A DNA stretch of 64,000 nt from Thainema sp. (lineage in GTDB: Bacteria > Cyanobacteriota > Cyanobacteriia > Phormidesmidales > Phormidesmidaceae): assembly GCA_052168235.1 (NCBI GenBank), contig JBQLZK010000028.1, forward strand, positions 1 through 64,000, in the 5' to 3' direction. The translations under genes were made by a program, and so were the position numbers. Each line of letters opens with the position of its first letter. Positions within the stretch are counted from its first letter, which is position 1. The notes below the pieces were generated by a model. The model was not told where the DNA came from. It ran no database searches and saw only the letters and a list, made by a program, of their open reading frames with translations. Shown piece after piece: positions 30,429 through 39,006 of this stretch.

Positions 30429-31439
30429 ATGTCAGATATCTCTCAGCGTAATGCTAGCTTCAACACTGCTGCTAATTCAAAAGTCCATCATGCTCAGTTA
30501 TCCGATATCGCAGAGCATGTTCCAGAAAAATTAGGACATATAAAAAGGGGAGGTATTCGTAGTGGCCCTGGTCGAAATGAAGCTCAAGCTCAAACAATGG
30601 TTGAGAAAATCCCTCCATCTCAAAGAGCGGGCCATGATGGCAAATCTGCTGCTACTAAAGTTAAGGAGTATCTTGCCGATAAAGATGCAAGCCATGTAAA
30701 GCCTCACAGCAAAGGAGGCTCCAGTGATCCGAGTAATATCAAATGGGAGAGTAAAGCACACAATCGTGCTCGCGGTAATCGGGCGATGACTGCCAAAGAG
30801 CAGCGGCAACTTACAACACAAGCCAGAATCGATAATATTACTGGTGCAGTAGGTGCTGGTATAAAAGCTATGCCTAAAGGTGCCGCTATAGGCGTAATTA
30901 CCACAGCTCCTTTCTCCATGCTTCGCAATGGATTGCGAGTTATTCGAGGCGAAATCTCAGCGCAGGATGCTGCATTACAAACTACAAAGGAAACTATATT
31001 AGGTGGTGGTGTTGGTGCAGCTACAGCTTTTACTGTCACTACAGTTGCTGCTGCATGCCCTCCAATTGCTGTTGCATTAGCAGCAATCTCACCTGCTCTT
31101 CTTGCAGCTGGTGGAGCTGGAATGGTGTATGAATTTTTTAAGGTTTTGGATTATCACAAAGATGAAGTCCAGAAATATTATAGATCGTTAACACAACAAG
31201 ATTTGAATTCTCTCAAAGAAATAGAGTCTGAGCTGCTATACGAACATTCGAGACATCTAGAGTTTTTCGATGATATTAAAGAATTGAACAGTGAAATTAC
31301 AAATCGACCTCTCGCATCTGGTGTAGAAGGTGCATTAAACCGATATCTTGAGTCATCTGCCATTGCTCGTTCACTAGACGCAGAAACAGTTGGTACCAAG
31401 CAGTTATCTAAATTTCGGAAAGCTCTTCCATCACACTAA
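30429..31439 (+). CDS. Hypothetical protein with HNH-like motif and glycine-zipper membrane region
   Basis: DASHVKPHSKGGSSDPSNIKWESKAHNRARG, then G/A-rich hydrophobic segments; AT-rich. Confidence 0.7.
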   Translation: MSDISQRNASFNTAANSKVHHAQLSDIAEHVPEKLGHIKRGGIRSGPGRNEAQAQTMVEKIPPSQRAGHDGKSAATKVKEYLADKDASHVKPHSKGGSSDPSNIKWESKAHNRARGNRAMTAKEQRQLTTQARIDNITGAVGAGIKAMPKGAAIGVITTAPFSMLRNGLRVIRGEISAQDAALQTTKETILGGGVGAATAFTVTTVAAACPPIAVALAAISPALLAAGGAGMVYEFFKVLDYHKDEVQKYYRSLTQQDLNSLKEIESELLYEHSRHLEFFDDIKELNSEITNRPLASGVEGALNRYLESSAIARSLDAETVGTKQLSKFRKALPSH

Positions 31440-31456
31440 ATTTAACGAAAAAAGCT

Positions 31457-31972
31457 ATGTTTTTTTTGCTTCCCTTGGCAGGCGCTGCAGTTGGTGCTGT
31501 GGCTGGTGCTCTCATAACTCACGCTAGTGGAGAAAGACATCGACAGAAAGCAAAATACCAAGAAAAAATTGCTAATGAACTTACTAATCATTACTCTGAA
31601 CTACAAAATAAATATGATGAATTGGCAAGAATAAGCCAAGATGAAATTATTGGTTTGACTCGTCAGCATGCAGCAGATGAAGCCGAAAAAGATTTTCTAC
31701 GTTTAGCAGTTAGGTTGCAGCAGAATTTGTATTCATTAATGTGGGATCTTGATCAAAATCCTACACAAGAAACTATAGAAGAATTTAAAAACGCTGTTGC
31801 AATAACCAATCAGGTTTTAGCCGAATTAAATGAGGAAACAATAAAAGTTCCCCCAAAGTACTTCTCTCGAAACCTAGGTAGAGCCAAAGCTTATAAAAGT
31901 CTTGCTTCGTCAGTAGATAAACCAAAAATTAAGCGCAAGGCTGGACGTAGAAGACGTAGAAAGAATTATTAG
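31457..31972 (+). CDS. Hypothetical protein: N-terminal glycine zipper, coiled coil, basic tail
   Basis: AGAAVGAVAGAL; KRKAGRRRRRK tail; 17 bp after the upstream gene. Confidence 0.7.
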   Translation: MFFLLPLAGAAVGAVAGALITHASGERHRQKAKYQEKIANELTNHYSELQNKYDELARISQDEIIGLTRQHAADEAEKDFLRLAVRLQQNLYSLMWDLDQNPTQETIEEFKNAVAITNQVLAELNEETIKVPPKYFSRNLGRAKAYKSLASSVDKPKIKRKAGRRRRRKNY

Positions 31973-32295
31973 CGAGATCGCAACTTCTGTGGGTTGTAAG
32001 AACAAAATCCAACAGCCTATTCTTCCCATGCCTGTCAATGAACCTGTATTGACTCCACAGGTCAAATCTCGTACTGTGAAACGTTAAGTTGCGATCGCAA
32101 CTGGATACCAAAAATCTAGTCAGCGCTACCCAGAGTTGGTGCAAGCAACCCTGGATAGCTAACCGCTACGTTGAAACAGGCAACGCGACGGCTTGGGGAA
32201 TAATACCCCAGAGCCACCCTGCATTGCACTTCGAATTGCGGGCGTGGCTAGGTTTTTGGCTTTCCTCCCGAAAGTCCAAAACCAAAGGAAACACA

Positions 32296-32580
32296 ATGAC
32301 ATACCTCATCCTCGGTGCTGCCTCCAACGCAGCGCCACAACCTGCTGCGGCTCAGCCCAGCCAGCCAACTCGCGACGGTCGCCATCCCCTGCGGATTATC
32401 CTGCTCGGCTCCCGCCCCGACATCATTGTCACCATCAAAAACCTGCATCGGCGCGGCTTTGCCGAAGCCAACGACTGGAGCCAGCCCATCCCCTGTCCCA
32501 GTGCAGGCGACGTTGCCCGTATCCTTGCCCAGCGCCAACCCGATGACCAAATCAGCATCCTCACCCGCTATCTGAGCTGA
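32296..32580 (+). CDS. Small conserved cyanobacterial hypothetical protein
   Basis: LRIILLGS..TIKNLHRRGFAEANDWS..ISILTR pattern; AAGGA RBS. Confidence 0.7.
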   Translation: MTYLILGAASNAAPQPAAAQPSQPTRDGRHPLRIILLGSRPDIIVTIKNLHRRGFAEANDWSQPIPCPSAGDVARILAQRQPDDQISILTRYLS

Positions 32581-32593
32581 TCCGTTACGGGCC

Positions 32594-32626
32594 AGAAACC
32601 GGGTTTATTCAAGAAACTCGGTTTCT
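32594..32626. repeat. GAAACCGGGTTT-type dispersed palindromic repeat
   Basis: agaaaccgggttt-attcaag-aaactcggtttct. Confidence 0.6.
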
Positions 32627-32685
32627 AAAGCACGTGGAATTGAGAGGGAAAAGTGCGATCTCAGATTAACCTCTAATTCAGTCCT

Positions 32686-32736
32686 AACTGAAAAGGGCGA
32701 TTTTGCTACAGTGCAGCAAAATCGCCCTTTTCAGTT
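32686..32736. terminator. Inverted repeat downstream of clpP
   Basis: aactgaaaagggcgattttgct...agcaaaatcgcccttttcagtt. Confidence 0.7.
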
Positions 32737-32763
32737 TTAGTTCTGAGTTTTTAGCTCAAAAAA

Positions 32764-33372
32764 CTAGTCTTGATTCACTGCCGGACGGCTACCCACTGCA
32801 TGACGATCGATCACCTGATCGATGAGGCCATACTCCATCGCTTCGGTGGGTGACATGAAGAAATCGCGCTCCGTATCTTCCTGAATTTTGTCGAGTGGCT
32901 GATCCGTGTGATGCGCCAACGACGAATTGAGATAGCTCTTGAGATACAGGATTTCGCGAGCCTGAATTTCAATATCCGTTGCCTGCCCCTGCGCACCGCC
33001 AATCGGCTGGTGAATCATGATGCGGGAATTCGGCAGGCTCATCCGCTTGCCCTTGGCACCGCCGCTGAGTAGAAAAGCGCCCATGCTAGCGGCTAGTCCT
33101 ACACAAATCGTGCAGACATCCGGGCGGATGTGGTTCATTGTGTCGTAAATGCCGAGTCCGGCTAACACGGAACCACCCGGTGAATTGACATAGAGATAGA
33201 TGTCCTTCTCTGGATCTTCAGCTTCAAGGAACAGCATTTGCGCCACAATCAGATTCGCGACATCGGATGTGACCTGTTCACCTAAAAAGACAATGCGCTC
33301 TCGCAGGAGTCGAGAATAAATATCAAAGGCGCGCTCACCACGACCTGACTGCTCGATAACGGTTGGAATCAT
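32764..33372 (-). CDS. clpP: ATP-dependent Clp protease proteolytic subunit
   Basis: [28 protein letters not shown]. Confidence 0.96.
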   Translation of the reverse strand: MIPTVIEQSGRGERAFDIYSRLLRERIVFLGEQVTSDVANLIVAQMLFLEAEDPEKDIYLYVNSPGGSVLAGLGIYDTMNHIRPDVCTICVGLAASMGAFLLSGGAKGKRMSLPNSRIMIHQPIGGAQGQATDIEIQAREILYLKSYLNSSLAHHTDQPLDKIQEDTERDFFMSPTEAMEYGLIDQVIDRHAVGSRPAVNQD

Positions 33373-33478
33373 GGAAGTTCTGCGTCCCCAAGTAAACGTT
33401 TCACTAATTCTAGCGATTTCCGGCCCAGAACGAGTACGGGCTCTACGATAAGCCTACTAGATGAAGTCTAGTGATATT

Positions 33479-34363
33479 TTAGTGATGAAACGGCACCGTC
33501 AAAAGCGGCAAGATGATCCAGGCCAGCCAGCACCATGTCCAGCCATTCAGCGGGCGCTGCCAGTCAAATTCGCTGGAATCCGACAGCAGGGCATTAATGC
33601 GCTCTTGCATCCGGTTGCCGACGGCTTGGCAGCTAAAGGCTGCGGATAACGAGCAGGTTTGCATCAGGGGTGCTTTGGCCACTTGAACGAGCGATTCTGC
33701 GAGTACGAGCTGATCGACCTGCTGAGTCGCCCACTGATCGGCCCGAATTTCGCGCAGGAGGAGCAACTCTTCCCAAAGTGCCTGCGTATTCGGTAGCCAA
33801 GCCGTCAGTCGCCGCAGCCAGCCCAGCCAGAAAAACCAGAAGGTATCGCGATAGGCATAGTGGCCCATCTCGTGTACCAGCACCGCCTGCAGCTGAGCAT
33901 CGGTCAACGATTCCATTAGTCCCCGGCTCACCATCAGCTCTGGCTCCCAGAAGCCAACTTGGGCGCTGTAAGGCAAATGGGTAGCCAAAACGCGGCATTG
34001 ATAACCGTAAAGTTCCTGGCAGGGCTGCGCTTTTGCCGATTGCACCGACTGCCAACCGGACACCCCAGACACCAGCCCCAGGCTGATCGCCAGCCCCACA
34101 AATCCCCAGGCCAAACTGTAAATGCTCCAGCCTTCCCAGTAGGTGACCATGTGCCCTGATGGCCCCATCAGAATAATTGCGATCGCAGTCATCACGGGTA
34201 AACAAGCGGGCACAAGAAAACGAATCAGCGCCTGCTGCCACCGCTGCTGATAGGAGTCAGCAACTCGCCAGCTTAGCCGGAGAATGATCGACACCATCAG
34301 CGTGGCAACAACTAAGCCCAGATGCATCCAGCCGAACTGCATCAACCCAGCGTGCATGGTCAT
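33479..34363 (-). CDS. M56 family (BlaR1-like) membrane metallopeptidase
   Basis: HEMGH, REIRAD, TM segments; overlaps the BlaI gene. Confidence 0.88.
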   Translation of the reverse strand: MTMHAGLMQFGWMHLGLVVATLMVSIILRLSWRVADSYQQRWQQALIRFLVPACLPVMTAIAIILMGPSGHMVTYWEGWSIYSLAWGFVGLAISLGLVSGVSGWQSVQSAKAQPCQELYGYQCRVLATHLPYSAQVGFWEPELMVSRGLMESLTDAQLQAVLVHEMGHYAYRDTFWFFWLGWLRRLTAWLPNTQALWEELLLLREIRADQWATQQVDQLVLAESLVQVAKAPLMQTCSLSAAFSCQAVGNRMQERINALLSDSSEFDWQRPLNGWTWCWLAWIILPLLTVPFHH

Positions 34364-34782
34364 GATTGCGCCTCCCGTCGTTGACGTGCCGCTTGAATCT
34401 GTTGTGCGATCGCATCTAGTTGTTCCAGGCTAGCCGCATCTAAGCTATCGGCAAAGGCGGCCACAATGTCGGGATTGCTGACCGCGAGGAATTTCTGTAG
34501 CTGATCATGGGAGTGCAGCACCTTGGCCTCTACCTGGGAAATGCGGGGCTGCCAGCAAAAGGCTTTGCCCTGCTTTTGGCGTCTCACCCAGCCTTTCTTG
34601 GCTAGCCGATTCAATACGGTGGTGACGGAGGCATAGGCCAGCTCCCGGTCAGGATCGGCCAAAATCTGGTCGTGAATGTCTTTCACAGTGGCGGTTTGGC
34701 GCTGCCAAAGAATACTCAGAATCTCGGCTTCGAGCGAGCCAAGACTGAGATGTTTGGGTGTGTAGTCCGGTAACGGCGGCAT
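34360..34782 (-). CDS. BlaI/MecI/CopY family repressor
   Basis: LGSLEAEILSILW, LAYASVTTVLNRLAKKG. Confidence 0.9.
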   Translation of the reverse strand: MPPLPDYTPKHLSLGSLEAEILSILWQRQTATVKDIHDQILADPDRELAYASVTTVLNRLAKKGWVRRQKQGKAFCWQPRISQVEAKVLHSHDQLQKFLAVSNPDIVAAFADSLDAASLEQLDAIAQQIQAARQRREAQS

Positions 34783-34930
34783 GATCTGTAGGCGTTACGA
34801 TTGTCAACTTTTACGGTCTTGCACATTTGAGGAATGTTTTTGATCAGGACAAGACACTGCTGTGTCCCTATGGTGGGCTTAGATTTGTGCAAGCCCAATG
34901 CAAGACCACTTTAACTGTACCAGGACAGTC

Positions 34931-34989
34931 AAACCGAGAGGAGTGATTTTGCCGCCGCATCGCGGCGGCAAAATCACTCCTCTCGGTTT
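34931..34989. repeat. Perfect 27-bp-arm inverted repeat with GCATCGC core
   Basis: aaaccgagaggagtgattttgccgccg-catcg-cggcggcaaaatcactcctctcggttt. Confidence 0.75.
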
Positions 34990-35103
34990 CCAGATTAACG
35001 AAAGGGCAAGAAATCTCAGATTCCTTGCCCTTGGACTAGGGGTATTCTGTGCATCGCTCTGGGTATGCAACAGCGCTCAGCGCTGCTAATCCGTTTAACG
35101 TTG

Positions 35104-36489
35104 CTAAACCTTGGCCACTGATTCTGTCAATCGTGATTCCGATTTATCGGGAATGTTCTGATCGGGGATAGAAGGCAGCTCGTCGTCGCCAGTAATTAAG
35201 CGTGCGCCCCGCTTGCGGGTGAAGTAGTTCCAGCCCCACTGGAGCATAACCAGCAGCTTGTTGTCGAACTCGATTAGATAATAGATGTGAACAAAGATCC
35301 AGATCAGCCAAGCGAAGAAGCCCTTCATCTTGACTCCTTTCATATTGACCACAGCAGCATGGCGACCGATCACGGCCAAACTGCCCATATCGTTATAGTG
35401 GAAGGGCTGAATTTGTTCACCTTTCAGCCGAGCGCGAATTGCCTTCGCAACATATTGACCTTGCTGCATTGCCACCGGAGCCACACCGGGTAGTGGACGA
35501 TTGTCCTGATGAGCATAATGAGCCAAGTCGCCAATCACAAAAATATTGGGGTAGGTCGGTAAGCTCAAGTCAGGGCTCACAATGACGCGACCAACTCGAT
35601 CCAGTTCTGCTCCCGTCCGCTCAGCAAGCTTGCGGCCCATGGGGGATGCTTTAACGCCAGCTGCCCATAGAACTGTACAGGAGCGCATCTCATCAACATC
35701 ATCGCCCCGTTTGATCGTGACCACATCGCCATCAATATTGGTTACTAGCGATCGCGTTTGCACCGTGACGCCAAGTTGAGCCAGTGATTTTTCAGCCTCT
35801 GCTGATAGTTCGGGTGGATAGGGAGGCAACACCCGATCCATTCCCTCTAAGAGCAAAATGCGCGTTTCGGACGTGTTGATCGACTGGAAATCATCGCGCA
35901 GAGTCCCATAGGCAAGTTCAGCTAAAGCACCAGCTAACTCAACTCCCGTTGGGCCACCACCCACGACGACAAAGGTTAGTAAGGCTTTGCGCTTTTCCGG
36001 ATCTGTTTCCTTTTCAGCTGCTTCAAATGCCAAGAAGATGCGGCGACGGACTTCCAAGGCATCTTCGATGGTTTTCATGCCTGGTGCAACGTCGGCCCAC
36101 TGATCGTTGCCAAAGTAGTGGTGGCTAACGCCTGTTGCCAGAATTAAGCTGTCGTAGCTCACCTCTTTGCCATCTTTGAGAATAACTTTCTTCTCATCGG
36201 CGTCAACGTCGATCACTTCACCCATCAGCACCTGCACATTCTTGTGATGATTCAGGACGGCGCGAATTGGCGAAGAAATATCACCCGCAGACAGTCCGCC
36301 TGTTGCCACTTGGTAGAGCAGCGGCTGGAAGAGGTGAAAATTGCGCTTATCAATTAGGGTTATTTGGACAGGCAAACCGCTTAACGCTTTCGCTGCATAG
36401 AGTCCGCCAAACCCTCCACCTACAATCACGATATGGTGAGAATTTGCGGTTGTTCGGCTTGATTGGCTAGAGAGTTGTTGCTGCGTCAT
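35104..36489 (-). CDS. Type II NADH dehydrogenase (NDH-2) family
   Basis: GGGFGG, FQPLLYQVATG, GGGPTGVELAG, LWAAGV. Confidence 0.9.
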   Translation of the reverse strand: MTQQQLSSQSSRTTANSHHIVIVGGGFGGLYAAKALSGLPVQITLIDKRNFHLFQPLLYQVATGGLSAGDISSPIRAVLNHHKNVQVLMGEVIDVDADEKKVILKDGKEVSYDSLILATGVSHHYFGNDQWADVAPGMKTIEDALEVRRRIFLAFEAAEKETDPEKRKALLTFVVVGGGPTGVELAGALAELAYGTLRDDFQSINTSETRILLLEGMDRVLPPYPPELSAEAEKSLAQLGVTVQTRSLVTNIDGDVVTIKRGDDVDEMRSCTVLWAAGVKASPMGRKLAERTGAELDRVGRVIVSPDLSLPTYPNIFVIGDLAHYAHQDNRPLPGVAPVAMQQGQYVAKAIRARLKGEQIQPFHYNDMGSLAVIGRHAAVVNMKGVKMKGFFAWLIWIFVHIYYLIEFDNKLLVMLQWGWNYFTRKRGARLITGDDELPSIPDQNIPDKSESRLTESVAKV

Positions 36490-37061
36490 GGCGGTCGTTT
36501 CCTTATTACCTAGTCCTGGATTGACGAATGACGAATAGCGAACTCGACTACTCGTCTTGTTGCAAAAGTTAACCTAATCACTCCGAATATTTTACACAAG
36601 TTTATGTTCGTCGTTATAAAAGGTGGGTATTAACCGATACGGTGCGATTTAACTTTATGAGGTGTATCGTTTCTTCACAAAATTGTTACACACTACAGCT
36701 AGCCGGATGACAGACCAAACTTGCAGTTGGGAACACTGGATAACAAAGGTTCGTCTTGGTTGACATTCGTCTGAAAGAGTGGCGAATTCAGATCACAGCA
36801 ACAAAGACGTATCAATCATCACCATGTAAATAGGTTGTGGCTACTACGTTGTCTATAACCTTAGCCTCGATCTAATTGAGTGCGCATCTACAATCATGCA
36901 GAATCCGATTGAAGTAGACTTTCATGTGTCGAACTGCCGAATTCTGCGGTAGTGATGAATTTCAGGCCCCCGGAAGCTCGTTTATGCGCAAACGTCGAAA
37001 TACACAAGATTCGATGTAAACACGGTGCTGTTTAGCTTAGGGATGCGTCAGGCTGAATATT

Positions 37062-38996
37062 ATGCTGGGTGACACAATTGGTGGACGATATCAAATTCAG
37101 GAGTATTTGGGAGGTGGAGGTTTTGGGCAGACCTATCTGGCTCAGGATATTCACTTACCAGGCTGTCCGAAATGTGTCATCAAGCAACTGAAACCGAAGG
37201 TTGCAGATCCGATTACATTACAATCAGCCCGTCGTCTATTCGATACAGAGGCGCAGGCGCTATATGCATTGGGCAGTCACGATCGCATTCCCCGGCTGCT
37301 AGCGCACTTTGAGGAAAATCAGCAGTTTTATCTGGCCCAAGAACTGATTGAAGGCCAACTGCTGAGCCAAGAATTGGGTTCGGGCCGCTGCTGGAGCGAG
37401 GCCAAAGTGATTGATGTGCTCGACGATTTGCTGAGTACATTGGCCTTTGTGCATGAGCAGGGGGTAATTCATCGCGATATCAAGCCGTCGAATCTGATTC
37501 GGCGACAAGTGGATCAAAAGATTGTGATGATTGACTTTGGCTCTGTCAAACAGGTGGGCCATTTATCTGCGATCGCACAAGAGCAGGGTCAGGTGAGTAT
37601 TACCATCGCCGTCGGTTCACTGGGCTATATGCCGAATGAGCAACTAGCGGGGCAGCCCTGTTTGAGTAGTGATATCTATGCGGTGGGGATGCTAGCGATT
37701 CAGGCGCTGACGGGGATTGATCCCAAAACGCTGAAGAAAGATGTGCGCACCAGCGAAATTCTGTGGCGCGATCAGGCCGTGGTCAGCGACTGGCTGGCCG
37801 ACATTATCGACCGCATGGTGCGCTATGACTTTCGCCAACGGTATTCGTCAGCCGCAGAAGCGCTCTTTGCCCTACGTCAAGCTCAGGACGATGATGAATT
37901 TGAGGCTGATGAAACTATTGCGATCGCACCAGCGGTATCGCCGCCATTAGCGGCTGTCTGTTCAACTGATGAATCTGAGCAAGATACCGAACTGGAGCAT
38001 ATTGGGCTGGATGAGGCTGCATCAGAGGATGAGCAGACGCTGGAACTGTATCAGGGCAGCGTGGTGTTCAACCAGTCGGAGGGCCATCTGCTGGTCTGGA
38101 TGGAGCGGGGTGACGAGCTGTTTCAGAGCCAGCGATTTGGGGCGGCGCTGGCCTGCTATGAGCGGATTACCCAGGCGCGGCCAGAGGACTACTTGGCCTG
38201 GTTTAAACAAGCGATCGCACTGGAAAATATGCAGCAGTATGCCAGCGCCGCAGAGTCCTATCAGCAAGTGATTCGGTTGCGTCCCAATGACTATCTGGCC
38301 TGGTATCGGCAGGGCAAAGCGCTGGAAGTCCTCGAACGCTGGCAAGAGGCTTTAGCAGCCTATAGGGAAGTTACCCGCCTCCAGCCTAATAACTACTGGG
38401 TGTGGCACGATCGCGGTCAGGTTTTGGAACAGTTACAGAATCAGGAAGCCGCGATCGCAGCTTACACAAAAGCGGTGCAGATTAAACCCGACTTTCAACT
38501 AGCCATCGATAGCCGTAAGCGCTTGCTGAACCGTCTAGAACGGGTCGAGCAGCTCTATCAGTTGCAGCATTACGAAGATGCGATCGCATCTTGTGATCAG
38601 CTGATTGAGCAGGAGCCAGATAACTCGCTGGCTTGGCTGATGCGCGGTATGGCAATGGAGAACTTGGGCCAGCTTAAAGCCGCTGTCTCTTCCTACGCTA
38701 GGGTGACGCGCTTGCAGCCCTCGGATCACCTGGCTTGGTACAAGCAAGCCTCGGTGCTGGAAAAAATCGACCGCTATGCGGACGCACTGGCCGCCTATAA
38801 CCAGGTGGTGGAACTCCAGCCTGAAAACTGTTGGGCTTGGCACGATCGCGGTCGCATGTTGGAACAGATTGGTCAACTGGAAGAAGCAGTAGTTTCCTAC
38901 GATCGGGCTGTACAGCTTAAATCCGGTTTCCAGGAAGCACTACAAAGCTGCGAACGCGTCATGAATCGGCTCAAGCACCGTCAGGTGTTGCGGTAG
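37062..38996 (+). CDS. Ser/Thr protein kinase with TPR repeats
   Basis: LGGGGFG, HRDIKPSN, DFG; C-terminal AW..G TPR repeats. Confidence 0.92.
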   Translation: MLGDTIGGRYQIQEYLGGGGFGQTYLAQDIHLPGCPKCVIKQLKPKVADPITLQSARRLFDTEAQALYALGSHDRIPRLLAHFEENQQFYLAQELIEGQLLSQELGSGRCWSEAKVIDVLDDLLSTLAFVHEQGVIHRDIKPSNLIRRQVDQKIVMIDFGSVKQVGHLSAIAQEQGQVSITIAVGSLGYMPNEQLAGQPCLSSDIYAVGMLAIQALTGIDPKTLKKDVRTSEILWRDQAVVSDWLADIIDRMVRYDFRQRYSSAAEALFALRQAQDDDEFEADETIAIAPAVSPPLAAVCSTDESEQDTELEHIGLDEAASEDEQTLELYQGSVVFNQSEGHLLVWMERGDELFQSQRFGAALACYERITQARPEDYLAWFKQAIALENMQQYASAAESYQQVIRLRPNDYLAWYRQGKALEVLERWQEALAAYREVTRLQPNNYWVWHDRGQVLEQLQNQEAAIAAYTKAVQIKPDFQLAIDSRKRLLNRLERVEQLYQLQHYEDAIASCDQLIEQEPDNSLAWLMRGMAMENLGQLKAAVSSYARVTRLQPSDHLAWYKQASVLEKIDRYADALAAYNQVVELQPENCWAWHDRGRMLEQIGQLEEAVVSYDRAVQLKSGFQEALQSCERVMNRLKHRQVLR

Positions 38997-39006
38997 TCGC
39001 TACTCT

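Noticed and set aside
34879..35089. Two opposite 63-aa ORFs with similar peptides
   Set aside because: Artefact of the palindromic element
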